DNA from: an uncultured Thermodesulfobacteriota bacterium
GTDB taxonomy: Bacteria > Desulfobacterota > Desulfomonilia > UBA1062
Length of the DNA stretch: 64,000 bases
NCBI GenBank assembly: GCA_942491525.1
Contig: CALOBW010000030.1
Location: 157,156-221,155 of the forward strand
Direction of reading: 5' to 3'
This document shows positions 1 through 8,118 of the stretch, piece by piece (position 1 is the stretch's first letter; each line of letters begins with the position of its first letter). The position numbers and the translations under genes are program-made. The notes below the pieces were generated by a model. That model saw nothing but the letters and a program-made list of their open reading frames with translations, was not told the DNA's origin and did not search any database.

Positions 1-855
1 GCCATCCAGATCTTCGGCAGCGAGTGGGAGGCCATGGGTGAGAATGCCGAAATCTTCAACCAGGATGACGAGTTCATCGCCATCCGCGGCTTCGAATGGA
101 GCAGCCCCATCCACGGCCACATCTGCATCTACGGTACCGATGACTACCGCAACAACGCCCTGCTGCCGACCCTGACCGGCATCTATGACTGGATCGATGC
201 GCGCGGCGCCCTGGCCCAGTTCAACCATCCGGGCCGCGAAGCCAGGGTCTTCCGCCCCCTCCTGAGCACTCAGGAGTTTGACTACCGCGCGCACGTAGCT
301 GACAACTTCTTCGCCATGGAGACCGGCAACAAGGGTGTCGGCAACAATGACAGCGAGTACCTGGACTACTACCATGTGGCCCTGGACCAGGGCTGGAGAA
401 TCGCCCCCACCAGCAACCAGGACAACCACAGCCTATCCACCAACAGCCACCGCTCAATCGTGATCGCCGAGGAGCTGACCAGAGAGGCCATCTTTGAGGG
501 CATGACGGCCCGCCGGGTGCTCTCGGGCGACGACCCCAACCTGGAGGTAATTTTCAAGCAGGGCCAAAACTGGATGGGATCTGAGATTGAGCTCAACCAG
601 AAGAGCGTCACCTTTGAAATCTACGTCCGCGACGACGAGCCCCTTACCAAGCTGCAGCTCATCTCCAACGGCGGTGAAATTGTGGCCGAAAAGATCCTGG
701 ACGACAGGCCCGAAACATTCTACTGGAAGCCCTGCGTGAAACTGCCCAGGGGCGAGAGCTACTACTTTGTGCAGGTCTTCGAGGAGAACATCCTGGATGA
801 GGATGACGACGTCCAGATCACGGTCACGGCGCCCATCTGGATCAGCCGGAACTGA
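1..855 (+). CDS. CehA/McbA-like PHP-family metallohydrolase, 5'-truncated by window edge
   Basis: Frame 1 is open from base 1. Motifs GFEWS, HGHICIYG, QFNHPG, METGN and NQDNH, plus a beta-rich C-terminal domain. Confidence 0.7.
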   Translation, partial: AIQIFGSEWEAMGENAEIFNQDDEFIAIRGFEWSSPIHGHICIYGTDDYRNNALLPTLTGIYDWIDARGALAQFNHPGREARVFRPLLSTQEFDYRAHVADNFFAMETGNKGVGNNDSEYLDYYHVALDQGWRIAPTSNQDNHSLSTNSHRSIVIAEELTREAIFEGMTARRVLSGDDPNLEVIFKQGQNWMGSEIELNQKSVTFEIYVRDDEPLTKLQLISNGGEIVAEKILDDRPETFYWKPCVKLPRGESYYFVQVFEENILDEDDDVQITVTAPIWISRN

Positions 856-861
856 TGCCCC

Positions 862-1704
862 CTAGTGCCACATGCGCTGCAGAGCTTCGCGCATCATGAC
901 CAGGGCCGGCTCATTGAGGCGGTCCCGGCGGCAGACGAATGAGAAGGCCAGCGGCAGGGTAGTCCCGTCCCAGACCAGCATGCCCTCCACGACCTCGAAG
1001 CGCGGCAGCAGACTCAGCCCCTTGCCCGCCAGCACCATGCGCTTGAGGGTGGCCTCTTGGTCGGCCGTGACCCGGATATCGGGGGCGAGCTCGCCAAAGG
1101 CATCCTTGAGGGTTCTGGTGAAGGGGCAGTCGGGCGGGGTCATGACCCAGGGCAGCCTGGCGATCTCTTCGATCGGTCGGCCCATGACCCTCTCCGCCCA
1201 GGCCTCAGGCGCCACGATCACCAGCTCAAAGCACGCCAGCTCGAGGGCCTCAATCTCAGCATAGTCATTCTTGCCGAAGATGAAGCCGCCGTCATACTCG
1301 CCGGCCAGCAGATCCTTGAGGATGCGCGGCGTGGAGCTGGTGGTGATGCTCAGATTGAGGCAGGGCACCGCCTCGATCATCTCGTCCAGCCGGAAGACCT
1401 CCGGATGGGTGTTGACGGCCAGCTTCAGGCCGACCGAACTCCGGCCGCTGATGGCCGCCGCCGCGCACTCAAAGCCGGCCAGGGCGGCCATGATCTCGCG
1501 GGCCTTGTTAAGCAGCTGCGCCCCGGCCTCACTCAGCTGCATGCCGCGCGGGGTGCGCCTGAAGAGCTGCAAGCCATACTCCTCCTCAAGCATCTTGATG
1601 TGGGCGCTGACCGCCGGCTGGCTCAGATTGAGCTGCTCGGCGGCCCGGGTCAGGTTGCCGCTCTCGGCTACCCGGATAAATGTGCGCAACTGATAAATTT
1701 CCAT
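862..1704 (-). CDS. LysR-family transcriptional regulator
   Basis: N-terminal HTH (FIRVAESGNLTRAAEQLNLSQPAVSAHIKMLEEEYGLQLFRRTPRG) followed by a substrate-binding domain; GGAG RBS. Confidence 0.95.
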   Translation of the reverse strand: MEIYQLRTFIRVAESGNLTRAAEQLNLSQPAVSAHIKMLEEEYGLQLFRRTPRGMQLSEAGAQLLNKAREIMAALAGFECAAAAISGRSSVGLKLAVNTHPEVFRLDEMIEAVPCLNLSITTSSTPRILKDLLAGEYDGGFIFGKNDYAEIEALELACFELVIVAPEAWAERVMGRPIEEIARLPWVMTPPDCPFTRTLKDAFGELAPDIRVTADQEATLKRMVLAGKGLSLLPRFEVVEGMLVWDGTTLPLAFSFVCRRDRLNEPALVMMREALQRMWH

Positions 1705-1716
1705 AGACCTCTCCGC

Positions 1717-1733
1717 TATCAGAAATCCTGATA
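1717..1733. promoter_or_regulatory. LysR-type operator (T-N11-A palindrome)
   Basis: TATCAG-AAATC-CTGATA immediately upstream of the lysR start, in the divergent gap. Confidence 0.65.
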
Positions 1734-1754
1734 CCTGTAATCAGATAGTAAAAT

Positions 1755-1783
1755 TAGACATCTGCGGCAAGGGGAAATATGCT
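1755..1783 (+). promoter_or_regulatory. sigma70-like promoter for the leaderless small ORF
   Basis: TAGACA-17 nt-TATGCT; ATG lies 6 nt downstream of the -10 box. Confidence 0.55.
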
Positions 1784-1789
1784 GCCGGC

Positions 1790-1942
1790 ATGAAGATCAG
1801 AGACGCCGCCCGCTACATCCTGAGCCCCGAGGACTCCCAGGAGCAGCTAAACCATCTGACAAGCGCTTTCGAGCCCGCCGGCTGCCTGAAGTGCATCTTC
1901 TGGATCATCACGACCACGGCCGTGGCCGTGCTGCTATTTTAG
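1790..1942 (+). CDS. Small 50-aa putative membrane protein (not in ORF track)
   Basis: MKIRDAARYILSPEDSQEQLNHLTSAFEPAGCLKCIFWIITTTAVAVLLF*. GC3-rich codons, hydrophobic C-terminus, and it is the only ORF divergent from lysR. Confidence 0.55.
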   Translation: MKIRDAARYILSPEDSQEQLNHLTSAFEPAGCLKCIFWIITTTAVAVLLF

Positions 1943-2464
1943 TTCAAGTTCAACTTGATGCAGGGCCCGGTTCAGATCGCGCTGGATCTTTTGCATACGC
2001 GGGCCCTGCTGGCCAAACTTTTCCATGACAGGATCCCACTCGCGGCTTTTGAACTTGCTCTGACTGAGCTGTGTGATACGGGTCTGCAGCCAGACATACT
2101 CCTGGGACTGGTAGCGCAACTCCTCCTCATCCGCATCCCACCACTGGAAGTTTAACCAGGCGCTTAAGGATGGCCCGCGCGGTATGCGGCCGTTCTGAGC
2201 CAGATACTCATAGCGCCGGTCGGCCCGCTCGATGAGCGCCACCTGCAGATCGCGCTGCTCCTTGAGCAAGGGCTCGGAGTCGGGCAGTTCAGATACCAGC
2301 AATTCATAGATCTGATCCTGATAGCTGATCTTGGCCAGACTGGCCCTCTGGCGCAGGGGGTCGCTGACACGCTGCTGGATCTTGTCCGGGATGACAAGCT
2401 CGGGTTCGGCCGGCTCGGAGCAGGCCAGTAACAGGAGGGGCAGGAGTAGGATTAGTTTGCGCAT
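1934..2464 (-). CDS. Hypothetical lipoprotein
   Basis: MRK + hydrophobic stretch + LLLAC lipobox. TAAAAT lies 7 nt upstream of the ATG with no SD (leaderless-like). Confidence 0.75.
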   Translation of the reverse strand: MRKLILLLPLLLLACSEPAEPELVIPDKIQQRVSDPLRQRASLAKISYQDQIYELLVSELPDSEPLLKEQRDLQVALIERADRRYEYLAQNGRIPRGPSLSAWLNFQWWDADEEELRYQSQEYVWLQTRITQLSQSKFKSREWDPVMEKFGQQGPRMQKIQRDLNRALHQVELELK

Positions 2465-2503
2465 GGTGGGTATTTTACAGGATTTATCTGTTTGGGGATA
2501 GAT

Positions 2504-2552
2504 GTCATTCCCGCGCAGGCGGGAATCCAGCGGCTTAAAGACACTGGATTCC
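2504..2552. repeat. Truncated REP/dRS3-like palindromic element
   Basis: GTCATTCCCGCGCAGGCGGGAATCCAG (ATTCCC-N8-GGGAAT core) ... CTGGATTCC; the right arm stops abruptly. Confidence 0.6.
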
Positions 2553-2609
2553 GAGTTGGGGCTGAACTGACGGGGTGTTTAACGCTATTTAACGTAAATA
2601 ATACTAACA

Positions 2610-4019
2610 TTAACCATACAACCGCTTAAACTCATCTATTGCAAATGAATCGGTCATACCTGCGAGGTGGTCACAAATTCCTCTTAATAATGCAATTTGA
2701 AAATTCTTATCTTGCCTATAAGACACTGAATCTATGGAATTTCTCATATCACCTAACTGTTTTGATTCAACATTAAGATTACTTACCATTTCAGGATCAT
2801 ACATTTTGAATACATATGTAATTGTTGAATCATGCAACTGCCTAGGATTCGTTAAATACGCTTTGAACAATCTACGAATTACAAATTTTCCTTTCCCGTC
2901 CATTCGCTGCGCGTCAAAAGAATTCAGAATACGATTACGCAAGAATTCTTGAAAATTCTTCTCATTCTTTTCAAATTCAGTTTCATAGCTAATCAGGCTA
3001 TTAATGTCACAATAATTAATGCCTATATATTTCTGAGCAAAATCTTCTTTAGAAGAAATCGAATTGTCCTTTATAAATTTATTCAGATTAGATGACGAAT
3101 TCAAAATCAAGTTCTTATTCAAGAAGTGGACTATAAACTTAGACATTTGGGGGAGGAAGAATACCAACTCTCTCTTTGACATTAATTCTGTAAATAGTTT
3201 CTCATCTTCATAATCAAAATGATTACTAAATCGTTCGTCAATCTCGTTTAATAATTCGTCCCGGTCAATTATTTTCATATACAAAGCATCTTCAATATCA
3301 TGATGCCGCTGAGCAATCTCATCTGCAATCTTAACTACATCAGCCTCAAATGACCACGCTGGACTAACGCTGTCTGCCAACAGAGAACCTTTGTATTTAT
3401 CATAAAATCCAAGATCACGAAGTCCGACGCAATCCTGGGGATTCAATTTACTGTAGCATTGACCATCACCCTCGCCCTTGTTCTTACAATCGCCCCATGA
3501 ATCTCTGGTATGATTAACAACACCCCACAGCGTATAATTGGTTAAATTCAGCCCAAACGAATTATACCGTTGTTCTAATTCTGACAAAACTCGAATGCCC
3601 TGCCAATTATGCTTAAAACCCTTATCTTTATTCTTCATCTCTAGCTGGAATTCAGCCAACTTATCGCAGCCACACATTATTGAATTCAACGTTTGCTCGC
3701 CAACATGACCAAAAGGCGTATGTCCAACATCATGCGCCAATGCAATGGCTTCAGTTAAAATTTCATCTAGAGAAAGATTTCTTGCTGTAGTTCGTGCAAT
3801 CTGACTTACCTCTAGAGTATGAGTTAATCGTGTTCTAACATTGTCTGAAGATGAAACAAAAACCTGAGTTTTTCCGCTTAGCCGTCTAAATTCTTTTGAA
3901 TACAAAACTCTATCACGATCTCTTTCAAACTCAGTGCGATATGGTTTCGCTGCAACCATCTCTCTGGCATCACGTTTAGCAAATTTATCTGGAGCTCCTA
4001 AGTGATATTGAACATGCAT
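2610..4019 (-). CDS. dgt: Deoxyguanosinetriphosphate triphosphohydrolase (dGTPase), HD family, AT-rich
   Basis: FERDRDRVLYSKEFRRLSGKTQVF, RTRLTHTLEV, ALAHDVGHTPFGHVGE, ADEIAQRHHDIEDA and DHLAGMTDSFA. Confidence 0.92.
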   Translation of the reverse strand: MHVQYHLGAPDKFAKRDAREMVAAKPYRTEFERDRDRVLYSKEFRRLSGKTQVFVSSSDNVRTRLTHTLEVSQIARTTARNLSLDEILTEAIALAHDVGHTPFGHVGEQTLNSIMCGCDKLAEFQLEMKNKDKGFKHNWQGIRVLSELEQRYNSFGLNLTNYTLWGVVNHTRDSWGDCKNKGEGDGQCYSKLNPQDCVGLRDLGFYDKYKGSLLADSVSPAWSFEADVVKIADEIAQRHHDIEDALYMKIIDRDELLNEIDERFSNHFDYEDEKLFTELMSKRELVFFLPQMSKFIVHFLNKNLILNSSSNLNKFIKDNSISSKEDFAQKYIGINYCDINSLISYETEFEKNEKNFQEFLRNRILNSFDAQRMDGKGKFVIRRLFKAYLTNPRQLHDSTITYVFKMYDPEMVSNLNVESKQLGDMRNSIDSVSYRQDKNFQIALLRGICDHLAGMTDSFAIDEFKRLYG

Positions 4020-4032
4020 TTCAAATCCCTCC

Positions 4033-4302
4033 TTATTCAGAAATATTTACAACAACATTTGAAACTCCAACAAAGTTAATGTTTCCATCCGGCGGACAAC
4101 AAACCCGACACCCCCGATACCCAGCCGCCCGCGCCTCGGCCGGACTAGCAAAAACAAGCCGATTCTCAGGATAGATCTTCTGCGCCCAGCGGCAGGATGG
4201 ATAGTGATAGACATCAGATTTGCGGGAGCCCCAGAACTCAGCCGCCAGGGCGCCGCTTACCAGCAGCAGGATCAACAGGAACGTCAGACAGGCCTTGCGC
4301 AT
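4033..4302 (-). CDS. Secreted Ada metal-binding (Zn) domain protein
   Basis: Signal peptide, then FWGSRKSDVYHYPSC...EARAAGYRGCRVC; ends in an AT-rich 18-aa tail. Confidence 0.8.
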   Translation of the reverse strand: MRKACLTFLLILLLVSGALAAEFWGSRKSDVYHYPSCRWAQKIYPENRLVFASPAEARAAGYRGCRVCCPPDGNINFVGVSNVVVNISE

Positions 4303-4337
4303 ACAACTCCCCCTTAAGGACGAGTCTCAATATGCAC

Positions 4338-4384
4338 AACCTAGCATAGATTTCACCGGCGTGTAAGTATCCGAAAGGATACCT
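4338..4384 (-). promoter_or_regulatory. Promoter of the Ada-domain/dgt unit with upstream palindrome GTATCC-GAAA-GGATAC
   Basis: Minus-strand TTACAC-17-TAGGTT with TG extension; the palindrome at 4367-4382 abuts the -35 box. Confidence 0.5.
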
Positions 4385-4470
4385 GCACCCCGGCCGCGGA
4401 CCGGCAAAAGCACAGCACGATTGACCAAACCTCACGCTTGAAGTATTTCTGCTAATCAGGAGTCAAGCAA

Positions 4471-5199
4471 ATGCATGAGAGCGAACCACAGAAGATTGCC
4501 CGCGAACTTGAGCTGGCGATCTTCAAGGGCGAATTAAAACCCCACAGCCGTTTCCCCTCCGAGCGCACTCTGGCTGAGCGTTACCGCGTCAGCCGGCCGG
4601 TGGTGCGTGAGGCCATCACGCACCTGACCCAGCTGGGGCTGGTCAAATCGGTCCCCAAGAGCGGCACATTTGTAACCGATTACCAGTCGGCCGCCTCACT
4701 GGAACTGCTGGTCCACATCATGCAGACCACCGAAGAGATTGATTCCACCATTATCCTGTCACTCTTGCGCACACGCCGCATGATCGCGCCCTTTGTGGCT
4801 TTTGAGGTTGCCAAGGTCATCAGCGCCGAGGATCTGCGCGCCATGCAGCAGGCCGGCCAGAAGCTGATTGCCAGCCTCAATAATCCGGAGGCCGTCTCCG
4901 AGGCTGACTTCAATTTTCACTTTAGCCTTTTTGAGATAATGAACGATCTGATCACCAAGTTGATCTACAATGCGGTCAAACCAATTTACCGCCACTACAC
5001 CGATTATTACTATCAGCTGGACGGCACCAAGGCCGCCACCACCACCTTCGTCAACGAGCTATTGGACGCCCTGGCCAAACATGATGCACCAACGGCCCGG
5101 CAGGTTATGGATGATGCCGTCCTCTACGCCGAAAACCGTTTAATCACCAGCCTCAAGCTTACCGAGCAAGAGCGTTCCATCAACCTCAGGACCGGCTGA
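4471..5199 (+). CDS. GntR-family (FadR subfamily) regulator
   Basis: PSERTLAERYRVSRPVVREA wHTH plus FCD-like C-terminal domain. Confidence 0.93.
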   Translation: MHESEPQKIARELELAIFKGELKPHSRFPSERTLAERYRVSRPVVREAITHLTQLGLVKSVPKSGTFVTDYQSAASLELLVHIMQTTEEIDSTIILSLLRTRRMIAPFVAFEVAKVISAEDLRAMQQAGQKLIASLNNPEAVSEADFNFHFSLFEIMNDLITKLIYNAVKPIYRHYTDYYYQLDGTKAATTTFVNELLDALAKHDAPTARQVMDDAVLYAENRLITSLKLTEQERSINLRTG

Positions 5200-5266
5200 C
5201 CTCCGCCTGTCTCCAAAGTACAACTCATTCCTTAAAACAGCCGCCGCAGATTCCTCTGGTCCGGAA

Positions 5267-5326
5267 TCTGGCCTTACCAGATTGCACTTGACAACCCCGT
5301 GCGAGCCGGCGTACTGGTAAGACCAG
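5267..5326 (+). promoter_or_regulatory. Methyltransferase-operon promoter with two FadR-type operators
   Basis: TCTGGCCTTACCAGA (5267-5281) and CTGGTAAGACCAG (5314-5326) flank TTGACA (5288-5293); both resemble the PdhR/LldR-type TGGT-N3-ACCA box. Confidence 0.7.
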
Positions 5327-5366
5327 ATACATTGATTATTCTATATTTGACTTATTGGAGGAAGAT

Positions 5367-6536
5367 ATGAACCCAACCGAACGAATTCTCAGAACCATGG
5401 AGGGTAAACCGGTTGACCGGATACCCACATTCTGCGCCGGCCTTGAGGAGCGCACCGTTTTCGAGGTTCTGGGGCAGCCCCTGATCCAGACCAAGACCAC
5501 CCTCGCCAACCCCGTCACCCAGGCGCTCCTGAACAAATGGGGGCCCCAGATGACGAAACCCTTCGTGCAGCCGGCCATCACCAGCGGCATGGACAAGCGC
5601 ATCAAGGCCGCCGCCCAGCTGGGATTTGACGCGACCTGGGCCCTCTACGATGAAACCTTTATCGTCCTGGACGCCAAGAACATGGCCCGCTACACCGGCG
5701 CCCTCTTTGAGATGCAGGATGACGGCTACGGCAACATGACCTACATGTACAAGGGCCCGGGCATCACCAGCCGCGCAGAGTTTGAAGCCTGGCCCTACTG
5801 GCCCGACGCCGACGCGGTCGCCCAGCGCGCCTACAAATTTTTCAAGAAAATGCTGGCGCGTTATGGCGATCAAATCTGCTTTTGCGGCCAGGCCTCAGCC
5901 TACGGCATCCAGGAGTCGCTGCTCTGGACCATCGGCTTCGAAAAGGTGCCCTTCTGGATCCGCAAGGAGAAAGATCTGGTGGAACGCTTCATCGCCATGG
6001 CCGAGGAGCTCTGCCTGAAAACATCGCTGGCCATGCTGGATGCGGGCGTCGAGATCATCCTGCAGTCGGATGATTTCGCATTCAAGACCGGCCCCATGAT
6101 GAACCCCAAAATGATCGATCAGCTCTTCGGACCCTCCTACCGGCGCATCATCAAGGCCGTCCATGATCGCGGCGGCAAATATATCCTGCACTCCTGCGGT
6201 GACAACACGGTGCTCTTCGACACCCTGATCGACTGGGGCGTCGACGGCCTGCATGCCTATGAGAACACCTCCACGGTCGACATCTTCAAGCAAAAGGAGG
6301 TGCACGGCGATCGCGTCACCATGATCGGCGGCGTCGGCATCGACTACCTGCTGACGGAGCGCTCCCGCGATGAAGAGGTTGTGGAGATGGTGCAGCAGCT
6401 GATCAAAAAGATGGGCCCGGGCGGCCGTTACCTGCTGGGACCAATCCACGGCATGAGCAACATGCCGGCCGCCAAGCTGAAAGTGATGATCGAGGCCTGC
6501 CACAAATATGGCAGCTACCCTATCAATTTAAACTAA
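5367..6536 (+). CDS. UroD-fold (MtaA/CmuA-like) corrinoid methyltransferase 1
   Basis: GGAGG RBS places the start at 5367. IILQSDDFAFKTGPMM, YILHSCGD, MIGGVG and YLLGPIH are typical of the URO-D family. Confidence 0.85.
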   Translation: MNPTERILRTMEGKPVDRIPTFCAGLEERTVFEVLGQPLIQTKTTLANPVTQALLNKWGPQMTKPFVQPAITSGMDKRIKAAAQLGFDATWALYDETFIVLDAKNMARYTGALFEMQDDGYGNMTYMYKGPGITSRAEFEAWPYWPDADAVAQRAYKFFKKMLARYGDQICFCGQASAYGIQESLLWTIGFEKVPFWIRKEKDLVERFIAMAEELCLKTSLAMLDAGVEIILQSDDFAFKTGPMMNPKMIDQLFGPSYRRIIKAVHDRGGKYILHSCGDNTVLFDTLIDWGVDGLHAYENTSTVDIFKQKEVHGDRVTMIGGVGIDYLLTERSRDEEVVEMVQQLIKKMGPGGRYLLGPIHGMSNMPAAKLKVMIEACHKYGSYPINLN

Positions 6537-6547
6537 CGGAGGATAGC

Positions 6548-7192
6548 ATGATCAATTCAATTGACGCCGTCATCAAGGCTATTGATGAACTGGACTTTGA
6601 CAATATCGAGCAGGTTGTGCAGCTATGCCTGGATGAGGGCCTCTCGCCCCTGAGCATTATTCAGGACGGAGTCTGCAAAGGTCTGGATGTGGTCGGCGAA
6701 AAATTTAACAGCGGCGAATATTTCCTGGCCGACCTGGTCATGGCGGGTGAGATCGTGAATGAGATCATGCCCACCCTCAAAGCCCGCATCAACCCGGCCG
6801 AAGTTGTCAATAAGGGCAAGGTGGTCATGGCCACGGTCCAGGGCGACATCCATGAGATCGGCAAAAACATTGTCTGCATGCTGTTGGATGCCAACGGCTT
6901 CGACGTGATCGACCTGGGCGTCGACGTGCCCACCGCGCGCATTGTCAGCGCCGTCAAAGAGAGCGGCGCACGCCTGGTGGGACTATCCTGCCTGCTGAGC
7001 ACCATGGTGGACAGCATTGGCGATGTGGTCAGAACCCTGCAGAGCGAAGGCCTCAGGGAGCGCGTCAGCGTCTTCATCGGCGGCGCCTGCACCTCGGAGC
7101 AGCTTAAAGATGAGATGGGTGCCGATGTCTATACCGCCACGGCGGTGGATGCCGTCAAGATGTTCGCCCAGCTGAGCGAGAGCATGGCATGA
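6548..7192 (+). CDS. Methyltransferase cognate corrinoid (B12-binding) protein
   Basis: N-terminal cap (GEYFLADLVMAG), DxHxxG motif (VQGDIHEIGKNIV), VGLSCLL and IGG. Confidence 0.95.
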   Translation: MINSIDAVIKAIDELDFDNIEQVVQLCLDEGLSPLSIIQDGVCKGLDVVGEKFNSGEYFLADLVMAGEIVNEIMPTLKARINPAEVVNKGKVVMATVQGDIHEIGKNIVCMLLDANGFDVIDLGVDVPTARIVSAVKESGARLVGLSCLLSTMVDSIGDVVRTLQSEGLRERVSVFIGGACTSEQLKDEMGADVYTATAVDAVKMFAQLSESMA

Positions 7193-8118
7193 ACCTGATT
7201 GCGCCGTTAGGAACGGCCATGGGCATCAACCTGATCGGGGCTGCGCCGCAGGACGCCATCTTCAAGCCGACAGTGCAGGCCGAAGCCGTCGCCGCCTTCA
7301 GCCAGCGCTTCCCGGCCATCGAGCTGGTCTATAGCCTGATGGACACCTCCATCGAGGCGCGCGCCCTGGGCTGCGCCTATGAATTCAAGGGCCGGGTGCC
7401 GGCCATCAGCAATCATCCGGGCGCGTTCGGCCCTCTGCCGGACCCCTGGCAGAGCGAGCCCATGCGCGTCAACCTTGAGGCCGTGACGCTGATCCGCGCC
7501 CAGACAGACAAACCGCTGGTCTCCTACGTGGTGGGGCCGGTGACGCTGGCGGCCCACATCTATGGCATCACCCCCCTGATCATGCTCTCGCGGCGCAACA
7601 AGGCCGAGTTTGAAAATGTGCTGCAGCAGGCCTGCGCCGTCATCAAGCCCTATGCCCGGGCCCTCTGCGCGGCGGGTGCCGACTATATCGTCATTCTGGA
7701 GCCCCAGGCCCTGATCTTTGCGCCGCAGGCCTACAGCAGCCAGATCGCCGGGACCATCGCCGAGCTGACAGCCCAGATCCCCCAGGCGGTGCTGCATGTC
7801 TGCGGCGACACAACCCCCCACGCCCAGGCGCTGGCGGCGACGGCCAACATTAAAGCGCTCAGCCTGGACTGGCAGGTTGATTTCAGCAGCATAACGCCCC
7901 CGGCAGGGGTGTCCCTGATGGGCAACATCGATCCGGTGGCGCTGCTGCAGAACGGCTCACCCCAGGAGATCCACAACGCCGTGACCAGCCTCCTGGAGAG
8001 CATGCAGGGCCGCGACTTCATCCTGGCCACCGGCTGCGACATGGTGCCGGACACCCCACCCGAGAACCTGGACAGCTTTATCGACGCCGCCCTGGAGTGG
8101 CGCACCCGGCGCGGATGA
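7189..8118 (+). CDS. UroD-fold methyltransferase 2 (MtaA/MtbA-like Zn-thiol motif)
   Basis: VLHVCGD ... LMGNIDP ... ILATGCD gives H-X-C-X77-C; ATGA overlap with the upstream gene. Confidence 0.85.
   Translation: MNLIAPLGTAMGINLIGAAPQDAIFKPTVQAEAVAAFSQRFPAIELVYSLMDTSIEARALGCAYEFKGRVPAISNHPGAFGPLPDPWQSEPMRVNLEAVTLIRAQTDKPLVSYVVGPVTLAAHIYGITPLIMLSRRNKAEFENVLQQACAVIKPYARALCAAGADYIVILEPQALIFAPQAYSSQIAGTIAELTAQIPQAVLHVCGDTTPHAQALAATANIKALSLDWQVDFSSITPPAGVSLMGNIDPVALLQNGSPQEIHNAVTSLLESMQGRDFILATGCDMVPDTPPENLDSFIDAALEWRTRRG

Noticed and set aside
2553-2610. GTTRRRY-like heptamers after dgt suggesting an integron attC cassette
   Set aside because: No paired RYYYAAC/GTTRRRY stem in the correct order, no second cassette and no integrase.
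5199-5366. Cobalamin riboswitch upstream of the corrinoid operon
   Set aside because: No B12-box or GGGAA/GCCACTG elements; the region is explained by a promoter and FadR boxes.
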